DNA of 64,000 nucleotides from an uncultured Gemmatimonadales bacterium (GCA_963701965.1 OY969695.1:1024001-1088000), one strand, 5' to 3'; shown: positions 50,291 through 60,207, counted from the stretch's first letter. Notes: generated by a model not told the origin, from the sequence alone. A program made the numbers and translations.

Positions 50291-50851
50291 ATGACCTGGC
50301 GCATCTCGAGTATCGTCCTGGTGGTCGGCGCCCTGGCTCTGGCGCCAGCCCGTGCACTGCGCGCCCAGGACAGCGGGCCGGATACGTCGGCCGCGAAGCA
50401 ACCGATGGACCCGGAGAACCCGATCGCGTTCATGCTGCTCCACCGGTCCGAGCTCAAGCTCGTGGACTCGCAGACCACGCAGCTCGGGAACATCGGCACG
50501 CAACTCACCATGCGCAACCGGCCGCTCCGGGACTCGCTCAACGATTTGCGGCCTCCCGGAGACAAGGCCGTGCCGATCCCGGTGAACCTGACGCCCGCGC
50601 AGCGCGACAGCGTCTTCGCCACCCGACGGGCCGCGGCGCGCGTGTTCGGCGAGATCCACGACAACGCCCGCGCGGCGCGCGACCAGGCGCTCGCGGTGCT
50701 CAGCCCGGACCAACAAAACAAACTGCGCACGCTCGAGCAGAATCTCGAGGAACAGGCGCGCATGTCGAAGATGCGACCGTCCGGACAGCGCAGCCCGCCC
50801 GGCAGCATGGGTGGAGGACAGCCCGGTGGGTACGGCGGCCGTCCGTACTGA
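50291..50851 (+). CDS. Secreted Spy/CpxP-like helical protein
   Basis: Signal peptide; L.LVDSQ, LTPAQ and LSPDQ (LTxxQ-type) motifs. Confidence 0.75.
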   Translation: MTWRISSIVLVVGALALAPARALRAQDSGPDTSAAKQPMDPENPIAFMLLHRSELKLVDSQTTQLGNIGTQLTMRNRPLRDSLNDLRPPGDKAVPIPVNLTPAQRDSVFATRRAAARVFGEIHDNARAARDQALAVLSPDQQNKLRTLEQNLEEQARMSKMRPSGQRSPPGSMGGGQPGGYGGRPY

Positions 50852-51431
50852 GCCGGCGGTTCGGCCGGGCGCCGCTTCGGTCATCGCCGAGGAGACGGCG
50901 CTAGTCGAGCGCGTGCAGGCGGGCGATTCGGCCGCCTACGACGTGCTCGTGCGCCGCTATATGCGGCGTGCCTTTACGGTCGCGTTCCGTCTGCTGGGCC
51001 ACCGCGAGGACGCCGAGGATCTCGTGCAGGAGACGTTCATGACCATCCTGCGGCAGATCGACGCGTTCCAGCGCGGACGTCCTTTCGGTCCGTGGATGTA
51101 TCGCATCCTGATCAATCGCGGCCTCAACGCCCGCAAAGCGCGATCGCTCCGACGCACCGAGCTCCTCTCCGAGGACGTGCCCGGCACCGACACTCCGTAC
51201 CTGGCCTTGGAGCGCCGTGAGGTCCGCGAGCGGTTTCGCGCCGCGCTGGCGACATTGCCGGCGCGCCAGAAACTGGTCATCGAGCTGATCGAGATCGATG
51301 GCTTCACGCGCACGGAAGTCGCCGAGGCGTTGGGCATCTCCAATGCGACCGTGCGCTGGCACGTGCACGATGCCTGGCGCACGCTGCGCCGCGTGTTGGC
51401 CCCGTTGGCGCGGGAAGCGGCGGCCCGATGA
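50826..51431 (+). CDS. ECF sigma factor
   Basis: DAEDLVQETF, WMYRI..N, EVAEALGIS.ATVRWH; GGAGG 8 nt before GTG 50826. Confidence 0.92.
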   Translation: MGTAAVRTEPAVRPGAASVIAEETALVERVQAGDSAAYDVLVRRYMRRAFTVAFRLLGHREDAEDLVQETFMTILRQIDAFQRGRPFGPWMYRILINRGLNARKARSLRRTELLSEDVPGTDTPYLALERREVRERFRAALATLPARQKLVIELIEIDGFTRTEVAEALGISNATVRWHVHDAWRTLRRVLAPLAREAAAR

Positions 51432-51790
51432 CGTCAGCTCGCGACCGCGCCCAGCTGCGCGAGGCGGCAGATCCCATGCCCAGCGACGTCGATTGGCAGG
51501 CGCTGGCGCGGCGCATCGCCAGTGACGCCGCGGCGCCGCTCGGCGCGCGGCGCCACCAGTGGTGGGACTACACGGCGAACTGGGCCCGGGCGGCCGTGTC
51601 GGTGGGCATCGCGGCGGCCGTCACCGCCGCCTTCGTGCTCGCCGCGGTTCCCACCCCACCGGCGCCCGCCGCCACGTTGCTCAGTACTTTCGGTGGGGGC
51701 GAAGCGCCGGCCCGCACGTTCGAATCCACGGTGATCGGTCTCCGGGGCGGCGCGTCGGTCATCGCCGCGGCCGTCGGCGCGGGCGAATGA
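51428..51790 (+). CDS. Probable single-TM anti-sigma factor
   Basis: ATGA overlap with the ECF gene; one TM helix. Confidence 0.65.
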   Translation: MTSARDRAQLREAADPMPSDVDWQALARRIASDAAAPLGARRHQWWDYTANWARAAVSVGIAAAVTAAFVLAAVPTPPAPAATLLSTFGGGEAPARTFESTVIGLRGGASVIAAAVGAGE

Positions 51791-52230
51791 CCGCCGGCAA
51801 CATCGCGGCGAATGTCTTCGGCATGCCGGACGCCAACAGGCCCCCACGGCGGATGAACCGCAAAGTCATCGCCGGTGTCGTATTGATCGTCGTCGCCGGC
51901 ACCGGTTTCGCCGCGGGGATCGCCACGGACCGCATGATGGTCGGACGCCAGTTTTCGGCCGGCATGGTCGACGCACCGGACGCCCGCGCCCAACACGGCA
52001 TCGGCGACCGGTTGGCGCGAGAGTTGGGTCTGACGTCGACGCAACGCGCGCAGGTCGACGCCATCATCGGCCGGCAGACGATCACCGCCGAAGCGCTGCG
52101 GCGGGAGTATCAGCCGCGCGTGCGCGCCATTATGATCGCGACGCGCGCGGCCATCGACAGTGTTCTCACTCCAGCGCAGCAGGAACGCCTGCGCACCCTC
52201 ACGAGCAAGCAGCCGACTGGCTACCGCTGA
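51787..52230 (+). CDS. Membrane-anchored periplasmic Spy/CpxP-like protein
   Basis: TM GFAAGI..DR; LGLTSTQ and VLTPAQ motifs. Confidence 0.75.
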   Translation: MTAGNIAANVFGMPDANRPPRRMNRKVIAGVVLIVVAGTGFAAGIATDRMMVGRQFSAGMVDAPDARAQHGIGDRLARELGLTSTQRAQVDAIIGRQTITAEALRREYQPRVRAIMIATRAAIDSVLTPAQQERLRTLTSKQPTGYR

Positions 52231-52763
52231 AAACGATAGCCCGTCTTCTTCACGGTCATAATGTGTCGAGGCGCGGTGGCATCGATTTCCAGCCGATGCC
52301 GGAGATGCCAGATGTGGGTGTCCACCGTTCGGGCACCACTGCCATCCGCATCGGGCCACGCCGCGTCAATGAGATCCTGCCTCGACATGGCTTGACCCTC
52401 CGAACGCACCAAGGCCGCCAAGAGATCGAACTGTCTCGGCGTCAGCTCGACCGGCACACCAAGCCGCGTGACGGCCCGCGCGGCGAGATCGACCGCGACG
52501 TCGCCGAACCGCACGACCCGCGCTTCGCGGGGCGCCTCGTCCGACACCAGCTTAGCCGTAGGGAGTTTGGCCGAGTTGGCCTTGCCTGGTGCGTCGAGCA
52601 CCAGTTGAATCACGAGCGGCTTGCCGTTCGCCGTACCCGCCTGATGTGACCGCAGCAGTCGAATTGCCCGCGATGCGGGCGCCCCGCCGACCAGTCGCAG
52701 GACAATTTTCGGCTCCGCGGCGGCCGTCGCGGCCCGCCGCCGTACCGCCTTGCGCAGCTCCAC
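52221..52763 (-). CDS. OmpR/PhoB-type winged-helix protein without receiver domain
   Basis: LTPRQFDLL, SRQDL..AW, RTVDTHI..LR.RLE, I.TV...GYRF. Confidence 0.85.
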   Translation of the reverse strand: MELRKAVRRRAATAAAEPKIVLRLVGGAPASRAIRLLRSHQAGTANGKPLVIQLVLDAPGKANSAKLPTAKLVSDEAPREARVVRFGDVAVDLAARAVTRLGVPVELTPRQFDLLAALVRSEGQAMSRQDLIDAAWPDADGSGARTVDTHIWHLRHRLEIDATAPRHIMTVKKTGYRFQR

Positions 52764-52814
52764 GATGTCTCCAGTCCAAGAAATGCTTTCCTGCTATCTA
52801 CTCGCGAGGCAGCA

Positions 52815-53795
52815 TTATCGTTGGAGTCCGATCGCGCCCCGCGCGCCGAGCAACACGGCGCCGCCGTCTATCGGGGCGATCGCGTTGTAGCCGGCCGTGT
52901 CGGCTTGGCTCCACTGCCTGCCATCGGGTGAGCCCCACGTCCCCTGCGTGCCCGTCGCCAACCAGCCCGCTCCGACGTGCGCGACCGCGGAGAGATAGGG
53001 CGGTCCAATCATGGCCGCGTGCCACGACTGGCCCCCGTCGTCACTCCAGGCGACGTTGACGCGCGCCGAATCCGGCTTGGCGTAGTTGCCACCCACGACC
53101 ACGCCATGACGGCCGCTGAACGCCACGGAAAACGCCCCCGCGCTCGCGGAGCCCGTGGGCAACGGGAGCGGGCGCGCGGACCAATGGTCCCCGAAGTCGG
53201 CCGTATGGAACATCCGCGCCTCCGCTCCCCCTCCCGTGACGAACCAAGCTTCTCCGCCCGGTCCGGTCACCAGACAGGTGTTGCTTGCGGCAAACGCTCC
53301 CTCACCCGGGAGCGCGGGCGGCGCCACGGCCTTCGCCCAGTGCCCGCCCCCGTCCCGGCTTACCAATAACGTGAACGCGCCGTTGACCGGATCGCCCAGC
53401 ACGATGATGTGCGCCGCATCCCACAGGGCGATGGCATCGAGAAAAGTTCCCGGGTGCGTATCGTCATATTCGCGCGTCCACGAGCGGCCGCCGTCGACGG
53501 TTTTGTAGAGGCGGCCCGTGTCGGCGCTCGACACCATGACGTGCGCCGTGGCGCGATCGACCGCCGCCACACCGCGCAGGTCGAACGTCCGCGCCGGCGC
53601 GACCGTATCGACGTGCCACGACCGGCCCGCGTCCGTCGACTGGAGCACGACGCCGTGTTCTCCGCTCGCCCACACCGTGCCATCGCCGGCGACGCTGACG
53701 CCGCGCAACCCCGCCGTCGTCGGCGACACGACGCGCCGGACGGGGCCCAGGAACGCGACCCCGGCGAGGGCCGCGACCGCCCCCCAGCGGATCAT
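52815..53795 (-). CDS. BNR/Asp-box beta-propeller protein (Ycf48-like)
   Basis: Repeated S/T-x-D-G-G-x-x-W boxes; EGAFAASNT. Confidence 0.85.
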   Translation of the reverse strand: MIRWGAVAALAGVAFLGPVRRVVSPTTAGLRGVSVAGDGTVWASGEHGVVLQSTDAGRSWHVDTVAPARTFDLRGVAAVDRATAHVMVSSADTGRLYKTVDGGRSWTREYDDTHPGTFLDAIALWDAAHIIVLGDPVNGAFTLLVSRDGGGHWAKAVAPPALPGEGAFAASNTCLVTGPGGEAWFVTGGGAEARMFHTADFGDHWSARPLPLPTGSASAGAFSVAFSGRHGVVVGGNYAKPDSARVNVAWSDDGGQSWHAAMIGPPYLSAVAHVGAGWLATGTQGTWGSPDGRQWSQADTAGYNAIAPIDGGAVLLGARGAIGLQR

Positions 53796-54532
53796 CCGGC
53801 GGCTGCCTCGACGAGACCGCCGAACCGCCGCTCGCGGTGGCGAAATTCGGTGAGCGCGTGGGACAGCGCTTCGGTCCCGAAGTCGGGCCACATGTGCGGC
53901 GTGAAGTACAACTCGGCGTACGAGCACTCCCACAGCAGGAAGTCACTCAAACGCTGCTCGCCGCCAGTGCGGATCAGGAGGTCGACATCGGGCACCGGCG
54001 GCGAGTGGTGGACGTCGGCCAGAAGGACCGCGAACTCGGCGCGCGTCGGCACCGCGCCGTCCGGCCGCGCCGCGGCGTAGCGCGCGGCGGCGCGGAGAAT
54101 CGCGTCGCGCGACGAATAGTCGATCGCGATACGGAGCCACAGCGCCCGGCCGTGCACGGTCTGCGCTTCTGCTGATTCGATCGTGCGAATCAATACCGAC
54201 GGCAAACGATCGCGTCGTCCCACAATGGTCATGCGTACGCCGTTCGCCAGGCAGCGCCCCACCTCGGCGGCGAGCGACCGGCGAAACAAGCGCATCAGCG
54301 CGTGGACTTCCGCGGCCGGCCGGCTCCAGTTGTCGGCCGAGAACGCGTACAGGGTCAGCGTGCCGACGCCGAGCGACGACGCGCCTTCGACGATCCGCCG
54401 CACGGTATCGACGCCGGCCAGATGCCCGGCGGCGCGGGGCTTTCCCCGGGCGCGCGCCCAACGGCCATTCCCATCCATGATGATCGCCACGTGGGTACCG
54501 GCGGGCGTGGCGAGCGAAGCACTTTGTCCCAT
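53792..54532 (-). CDS. uppS: cis-prenyltransferase (undecaprenyl/decaprenyl diphosphate synthase)
   Basis: [43 protein letters not shown]. Confidence 0.93.
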   Translation of the reverse strand: MGQSASLATPAGTHVAIIMDGNGRWARARGKPRAAGHLAGVDTVRRIVEGASSLGVGTLTLYAFSADNWSRPAAEVHALMRLFRRSLAAEVGRCLANGVRMTIVGRRDRLPSVLIRTIESAEAQTVHGRALWLRIAIDYSSRDAILRAAARYAAARPDGAVPTRAEFAVLLADVHHSPPVPDVDLLIRTGGEQRLSDFLLWECSYAELYFTPHMWPDFGTEALSHALTEFRHRERRFGGLVEAAAG

Positions 54533-54565
54533 GAAGTCAAACCCCAAAAAAAGAGCGCGAGCCCG

Positions 54566-54961
54566 TCATTTGTCCCGGGTAACCCGGATGAGGGCCTCCA
54601 TGTGGTCCAGGTACCGTTCCAGTGCACGACGACCGGCGGCGGTCAGGCGATACTCGGTGTGCGGCAACCGGCCGCTGAATGTTTTCTCGCAGCTCACGTA
54701 GCCCGCTTCCTCGAGCTTGCGGGCATGGACGCTGAGGTTGCCGTCCGTGGCCTGCATGAGCTGCTTGAGCTCGTTGAAGCTCAACACTTCGTTGACGGCG
54801 AGCGCGCTCACGATGCCAAGGCGCAGCCGCTCATGAATGATGCGATCGAGCGCGGACGACGCGCGCGCCGCCGCCCGTCCGCCCACCCGACGCACGGGAC
54901 GATCGTCGACGCCGAGTGCGCGATCTTTGGGTACCGCGGAACTGCCGCCCTTAGCCACCAT
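54566..54961 (-). CDS. Winged-helix transcriptional regulator
   Basis: LDRIIHERLRLGI, TDGNLSVHARKLEEAGYV, TEYRLT. Confidence 0.9.
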   Translation of the reverse strand: MVAKGGSSAVPKDRALGVDDRPVRRVGGRAAARASSALDRIIHERLRLGIVSALAVNEVLSFNELKQLMQATDGNLSVHARKLEEAGYVSCEKTFSGRLPHTEYRLTAAGRRALERYLDHMEALIRVTRDK

Positions 54962-55574
54962 GCCTCCATGCGATCGCTGAACCGAACGTCAGGTGGAGAC
55001 CACCGAACCCCACGGCGAGTAACGCATCGCCCCACGCCGCCGGCGCGAACAGCGCCACGACGCCGAGGGCGACGAAGCACAATCCCATCACCGGGACGAT
55101 GCGCACCGAATACGTGCCGGCGGTGACCACGGCCGAGCCGTACACCAGCAACCAAAGTCCCGGCAACGCGCCCACGAGCCCGGCGCGGAACAGCACGATG
55201 GTGAGCAAGGCGCCGACGAACATCGGCGGCGTGAAGCTCAGCGCCAGCTTCCGGCCCGGTCCGTTGAAGACTTGCGAGCCGGCACCGCGCGCCTTGCGCG
55301 CGATCGCCACGGCCGACAGCAGCGCGCTCACGATGGCCGCCGCGATCCAGCAGTCGAGCCACTTACTCGGCGTGGATGTGTGCGCGGCGATGTCGGAGAC
55401 GACGAGCGCGACGATCCCGACGACGAGCATCCCGACACCGGAGATCGCCGTGAATGACCCGGCGCGCTCCATCGTGTCGCGAATGAATTGGAGATTGTCG
55501 AGCGCGCGCAGATGCAGCGCGGGCGGGGATGCGTTTCCGTTCGACGCGTGGTGGACGGACCGAAGCGACGGCAC
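54951..55574 (-). CDS. Multi-TM hypothetical membrane protein
   Basis: ALDNLQFIR.TMER; about 6 TM helices; FGGLH; overlaps the regulator start. Confidence 0.85.
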   Translation of the reverse strand: MPSLRSVHHASNGNASPPALHLRALDNLQFIRDTMERAGSFTAISGVGMLVVGIVALVVSDIAAHTSTPSKWLDCWIAAAIVSALLSAVAIARKARGAGSQVFNGPGRKLALSFTPPMFVGALLTIVLFRAGLVGALPGLWLLVYGSAVVTAGTYSVRIVPVMGLCFVALGVVALFAPAAWGDALLAVGFGGLHLTFGSAIAWRHGG

Positions 55575-55653
55575 GTCTGCAAGTTAACAGGGCCCACTCC
55601 CGGCGCCACTCATATGGCTCTCGGGAGATGATCAGGCGGGATATATTTGCGCC

Positions 55654-56736
55654 ATGCCACAGGCCGCCCCCGCCGTTGTCCCCCTGTTCGGACACGAAGC
55701 GCTCCGTGCCCGGCTGGGCGCGAGCGCGGATGCCGGCCGCCTCCCGTCTGCCATGCTGTTCGCCGGCCCCGCCGGGATCGGCAAGCAGCGGCTGGCGCTG
55801 TGGCTGGGACAGCGTCTCCTTTGCACGGCGCCCGCGGGCGCGGCGCGGCCCTGCGGGGAGTGTCGCGCGTGCACGTGGGCGGCGTCGCTGACGCATCCCG
55901 ATCTCACCTGGGTGTATCCGCGCCCCCGGCTCAAGGACAGCGACGCGAGCGCGGCGGAGGTGTGGGAGGATCTGGCGTCGGCTACTGCTGAGCGGGTGGC
56001 CAACGGTCTGCTGTATCCCGCCGTCTCGGGCGCCGAGGCGATTTACGTCGCGACGGTGCGCGCGTTGCTCAAGCGCATCTCCATGACCCCGGCGGTCGGC
56101 ACGCGGAAGGTCATCGTGATCGGCGACGCGCAGCGCATGGTGCCACAGGAGGGCGCCGACGCGGCGGCCAACGCCTTTCTCAAAGTCCTCGAGGAGCCGC
56201 CGGCCGACACCACGCTCCTGCTCACGTCGAGCGAGCCCGGCGCGCTCTTGCCGACGATCCGCTCGCGGCTCGTGAGCGTGCGCGTGGCGCCGCTCCCGGA
56301 CCGCGATGTCGGCGCGTTCGTGGGCCACGATCTGGTGCGGGCGAAACTGAGTGGAACCGCGGACACGTTGGTGCCCGCCGCCGCTGGCGCGCCGGGCCGC
56401 TTGCTGAGCACGGACACAAGGAGTGCCGCGCAGGAGGCGCGCGCCATGCTCGACGCGGCGCTCTCGCCGCGCGACGGCGCCGCGTTGTATCGCGCCGCGC
56501 TGCGCCAGGGCGCGGCCGGCGCGCGCGGCGCCTACGCCGAGCGGCTCGAGGCGTTGACGGTGTTGCTGCACGCGCGGGCACGCGCGGCCGTCGAGCGCGG
56601 CGCGTTGGCACACGCGCGGGCCGCGAGCGACGCTGTCGCCCACGTCGAGCGCACGAAGGAGCTCGCCGATGCGAATGCGAATCCGCAGTTGCTCACGGTG
56701 GCGATGCTACGGGCGATTCGGGAGCGGGCATCATGA
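55654..56736 (+). CDS. holB: DNA polymerase III subunit delta'
   Basis: LFAGPAGIGK, PCGECRAC, HPD, AANAFLKVLEEPP, LLPTIRSR. Confidence 0.93.
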   Translation: MPQAAPAVVPLFGHEALRARLGASADAGRLPSAMLFAGPAGIGKQRLALWLGQRLLCTAPAGAARPCGECRACTWAASLTHPDLTWVYPRPRLKDSDASAAEVWEDLASATAERVANGLLYPAVSGAEAIYVATVRALLKRISMTPAVGTRKVIVIGDAQRMVPQEGADAAANAFLKVLEEPPADTTLLLTSSEPGALLPTIRSRLVSVRVAPLPDRDVGAFVGHDLVRAKLSGTADTLVPAAAGAPGRLLSTDTRSAAQEARAMLDAALSPRDGAALYRAALRQGAAGARGAYAERLEALTVLLHARARAAVERGALAHARAASDAVAHVERTKELADANANPQLLTVAMLRAIRERAS

Positions 56737-57218
56737 GCGCGAAAAAAGCGCTCTCGCACATCGGACAAGATGGCGCCGCGCGCATGGTCAATGTGACCGA
56801 CAAGCCTGACACGGTTCGTGTCGCGCGCGCGACAGGTGCGATCCGGATGCGGGACGAAACGCTGCGCGCAATCGTGGAACACGGTGTCGCGAAAGGAGAC
56901 GTCGTCGCGGTATCACGTGTTGCTGGTATTCTGGCAGGCAAGCGTACGGCAGAGCTGGTACCACTGTGTCACCCCTTGCCATTGACCGACCTTGAGGTCA
57001 GTCTTTTGCCGGATCAATCGCTTCCAGGGCTCCGGGCTGAGGCTGTCGCCAAGACTGTCGGAAAGACAGGAGTGGAGATGGAAGCGTTGACCGCCGTCGC
57101 GGTGAGCCTGATCACCGTGTATGACATGGTGAAAGCGATAGATAAGACCCTGGTGATTTCGGACGTAATGCTCCAGGAGAAGCACGGCGGAAAGGGCGGA
57201 TCGTGGCGCCGGTCATGA
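56733..57218 (+). CDS. moaC: Cyclic pyranopterin monophosphate synthase
   Basis: ARMVNV..K, KGDV, LVPLCHP, TGVEMEAL, YDMVKA. Confidence 0.97.
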   Translation: MSAKKALSHIGQDGAARMVNVTDKPDTVRVARATGAIRMRDETLRAIVEHGVAKGDVVAVSRVAGILAGKRTAELVPLCHPLPLTDLEVSLLPDQSLPGLRAEAVAKTVGKTGVEMEALTAVAVSLITVYDMVKAIDKTLVISDVMLQEKHGGKGGSWRRS

Positions 57219-57219
57219 G

Positions 57220-57234
57220 TGGCACAACGGTTGC
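57220..57234 (+). promoter_or_regulatory. Sigma-54 (-24/-12) promoter
   Basis: TGGCAC-AACGG-TTGC, exact GG-N10-GC spacing, 37 nt before the SLT ATG. Confidence 0.75.
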
Positions 57235-57271
57235 GCCTGACGTTTTCCTAGCTCAACCCAGGATGTAGCCT

Positions 57272-57955
57272 ATGCGACGCTATACAAGTGAGTATGCACG
57301 CCGCGGTGATATCGAGCGGAGACGCGCGCGCCTGTGGAACGCGGCGCTGGCGGTCCTCGCCTGTGGGATGGCGTTGGCGGCGTATGCGGGACACCGGCCT
57401 TCCGAGGCTCGTGCCGAAGCCATGCCCTTGCTGGTCGTCGGCCCGTCCGAGTTGCGCGAGCAACTGGATGAGACGCGCGGCAGGCTCGACTTGGCGACGG
57501 CGCAGCTTGATCGTATGCGCTCCATTTTTGCCTACTCCACGCAGTATCACGTGGGGGCGGATCTCGCCTCGTCGATCTATGATGTCGCGATCGCCGAGGG
57601 CATCGAGCCCGAGCTGGCGTTTCGCGTCGTGAAGGTCGAGAGTGAGTTCAATGAGCATGCGTTGAGCAATGCCGGCGCGGTTGGGCTCACGCAGGTCATG
57701 CCGTCCACCGCGCGGTATTTCCATCCGGGCGTGACGCGCGACCAGCTGTATGATCGCGATGTCAATCTGCGGTGTGGGTTCCGGTATCTGCGCACGTTGG
57801 TGCGCGAGAATCACGGCAACATGAAAATGGCGCTGCTCATTTACAATCGCGGAGAGCAGGCCGTCCAGCAGTCGCGCGAGCAGGGCATCGACCCGTCGAA
57901 CGGCTACGAGCTCTTGGTCATGAAGGGGTACAAGGGCAAAGGGGTGATCGACTGA
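57272..57955 (+). CDS. SLT-domain lytic transglycosylase with N-terminal TM
   Basis: VESEF..A.S.AGAVGLTQVMPST, N...G.RYL, YNRG. Confidence 0.93.
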   Translation: MRRYTSEYARRGDIERRRARLWNAALAVLACGMALAAYAGHRPSEARAEAMPLLVVGPSELREQLDETRGRLDLATAQLDRMRSIFAYSTQYHVGADLASSIYDVAIAEGIEPELAFRVVKVESEFNEHALSNAGAVGLTQVMPSTARYFHPGVTRDQLYDRDVNLRCGFRYLRTLVRENHGNMKMALLIYNRGEQAVQQSREQGIDPSNGYELLVMKGYKGKGVID

Positions 57956-58072
57956 CGTCGATCCCCCTTCGCCTTGTACCCGAGGTCTGTTGGAAGGCAC
58001 GGCGCTGCGCGCCGTTGCAGAAAGGCAAAGGGGTGATCGACTGACGTGATCGACTAATCCCGTCGATCCCCC
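57926..58072. repeat. Imperfect inverted repeat plus direct duplication of the SLT gene 3' end
   Basis: 57926-57952 pairs with 57957-57981; GGCAAAGGGGTGATCGACTGACGT recurs at about 58024-58047. Confidence 0.8.
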
Positions 58073-58090
58073 CGCCCTCGAGGGCGGGCC

Positions 58091-59575
58091 CTAGTGCTTG
58101 TGCGTGGTGCGGCGGGACCCGGACACGACCAACGCTTGTCCGGGTAGGATAATGCTCTTGCGCAGACCGTTGATCTGCATGAGCCGCGCGACCGATGTGT
58201 GATAGTGCTGGGCGATGAGGCCCAGCGACTCCCCGCGCTTCACGATGTGAATGGATCCGCGCGACGCCGAGCCGTACCGCTCGATCGACGGGTCCGGCAC
58301 GTCGAGCGCCACGGCGACCACGACGCTGCTCGGCACCAGCACCGTCTCACCCGCCGGAATCCGCCCGCTCTTGGTGCGCGAGACTTTCGGATTGTACCAC
58401 TCGAGCTGCCGGGCAGTGATGCCCGCCCGATGCGCGAGGGTCGCGAAGGTGTCCCCTTTGCGCGCCACCACGTGCGAGACCGCGGTTTTCTCATTCTTCG
58501 GCAGATTCGCGAAGGCCGTATCGAACCCGTCCGCGTGCCCCGTCGGCACGCGCACCGTCATGGAGTCCCGCGGCGGCGACATGCCGCGCAGCACAAAGGG
58601 ATTGAGTTCCGCGATCGTCGCCGTGGGCACGGCGCAGGCCTTGGCGACGGCCGCCAACGGCGTCGCCGGACCGACGCGCACGGAATCGTAGGCGTATGGC
58701 TCCTCGGGATCGATGTGGAGCCCGTAGCGCCCCGGCTGCTTGGCCACGATGGCCGCCGCGATCAGCTGTGGGACGTAGTTCTTGGTCTCGCTCCGCAGAT
58801 AGTCTTTGTCGGCCAACGCGAAGAAGAGATCGTCGCCGCTTTGTCCCTCGAAGTCGCTCGCGTAGCGCGTGAGCCCGCGGGCAATGCGCCCCGGCCCCCC
58901 GTCATACGCCGCCGCCGCCAGATAGGGCGACCCGAACTGCTCCTTGAGATACCGCAGAAACTTGATGGCGGCATCGGTCGACCGTACGGGATCGCGCCGC
59001 TCGTCGATCCACCAGTCGACGCGCAATCCCGCGCCGCGCGCCGTGGAGGTCATGAGCTGCCACATCCCGACCGCCGCCGCCGACGAATAGGCGTGCGGGG
59101 AGTACCCGCTCTCGATGAGCGCCAGGTACGTCATGTCCTCGGGCAACCCGGCCGCGCGCAGCTTGGCGCGGATCATGGGTTCGTACCGCGTGCCGCGCTG
59201 CACCCGCTCCTCGAAATGGTCGCGGGCATCGCCGGCGAACAGCGTGATGAACCGCGCCACGCGCTTCTGGGTCTCGTAGGACCTGACGTCGATGTCCCAG
59301 TGCACGGCCGCCGATTCGGCGGGCGTCTTGGCGGTGTCCAGCGCCCGGGCCAGCCCGGCCGACGAGCTATCCGGGAGCAGCGCGTCACCGAACGCCGAGG
59401 CGTTGGCCTGGGCAATTTCGGCTGGCGTGACGGTCGTGTCAGGGGTGGCGTTGGGAACTGTCGCGGGGACGGGCGCCGGGGTCACGGCCACCGGCGTGGG
59501 CGCGGGCGTCGGTGCGTGCCCATGACCACAGCCCGCCAATGCCGCGGCAACGACTATCGGGAGAAACTGACGCAT
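58091..59575 (-). CDS. MltD-like lytic transglycosylase lipoprotein with LysM domains
   Basis: Lipobox LAGC; LIESG, AVGMWQ, DERRDP, ETKNYVP; two LysM-like repeats. Confidence 0.92.
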   Translation of the reverse strand: MRQFLPIVVAAALAGCGHGHAPTPAPTPVAVTPAPVPATVPNATPDTTVTPAEIAQANASAFGDALLPDSSSAGLARALDTAKTPAESAAVHWDIDVRSYETQKRVARFITLFAGDARDHFEERVQRGTRYEPMIRAKLRAAGLPEDMTYLALIESGYSPHAYSSAAAVGMWQLMTSTARGAGLRVDWWIDERRDPVRSTDAAIKFLRYLKEQFGSPYLAAAAYDGGPGRIARGLTRYASDFEGQSGDDLFFALADKDYLRSETKNYVPQLIAAAIVAKQPGRYGLHIDPEEPYAYDSVRVGPATPLAAVAKACAVPTATIAELNPFVLRGMSPPRDSMTVRVPTGHADGFDTAFANLPKNEKTAVSHVVARKGDTFATLAHRAGITARQLEWYNPKVSRTKSGRIPAGETVLVPSSVVVAVALDVPDPSIERYGSASRGSIHIVKRGESLGLIAQHYHTSVARLMQINGLRKSIILPGQALVVSGSRRTTHKH

Positions 59576-59623
59576 CGTGTCTGCCGTACCCCGGCGCCGC
59601 CGGTGTGGGTCCGCCTGTGGCGA

Positions 59624-60034
59624 TCAGCGGGTGGCGATGAAGTTACCGAGAATGCGATTGGTCGCGTTCAAGACCGCCACCACCGCCGCCCGCACCGGGT
59701 CCTGCTCGGCGAGATAGCTGCCGAGCAAACGCGTGGGCCCTTCGCCTTTGCGCAGGCCCACCGCGACGATCACGATGTTCGCATCGAAGGCCCGGAGCGC
59801 CTTGATGCCGGCCAGCTCGAAGGCTAACGCGCCGCCGGCGAAGCTCTCCAGGGCGTGCAGCGCGGCCTCCGCAGCCACCCGAAGGTCGCCCATGGGACTG
59901 GACTGCCCGGTCGCGCGACCGACCACGCTCACGCCGTCGAGCCATTCCAGCTCGACTTCGGCGGTGCACAGTCCGGATGGCGTCCGCATGAACCGGAAGT
60001 TAGAAAACTTGAGCCGCTCGCGCTTGAGCTGCAT
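59624..60034 (-). CDS. Hypothetical protein resembling a stand-alone LeuA regulatory/dimerisation domain (start uncertain)
   Basis: Beta-beta-alpha duplication ending QDPVRAAVVAVLNATNRIL. Confidence 0.65.
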   Translation of the reverse strand: MQLKRERLKFSNFRFMRTPSGLCTAEVELEWLDGVSVVGRATGQSSPMGDLRVAAEAALHALESFAGGALAFELAGIKALRAFDANIVIVAVGLRKGEGPTRLLGSYLAEQDPVRAAVVAVLNATNRILGNFIATR

Positions 60035-60207
60035 CGCGAGCGGCAGGTCGAAATGCTTCGGTTCAGGTTCCCGACCCATACCGTCATCACGACTGAGCAG
60101 CTCAGAAGCAACGGAGCACTTTGATGACGGATGGGTCTTATCGGTTTCCTGTCGTGGCGGCTGTGCCGCCACTCCTCGTCGGCTCGCGACGAACTAGAAC
60201 CAAAAAC

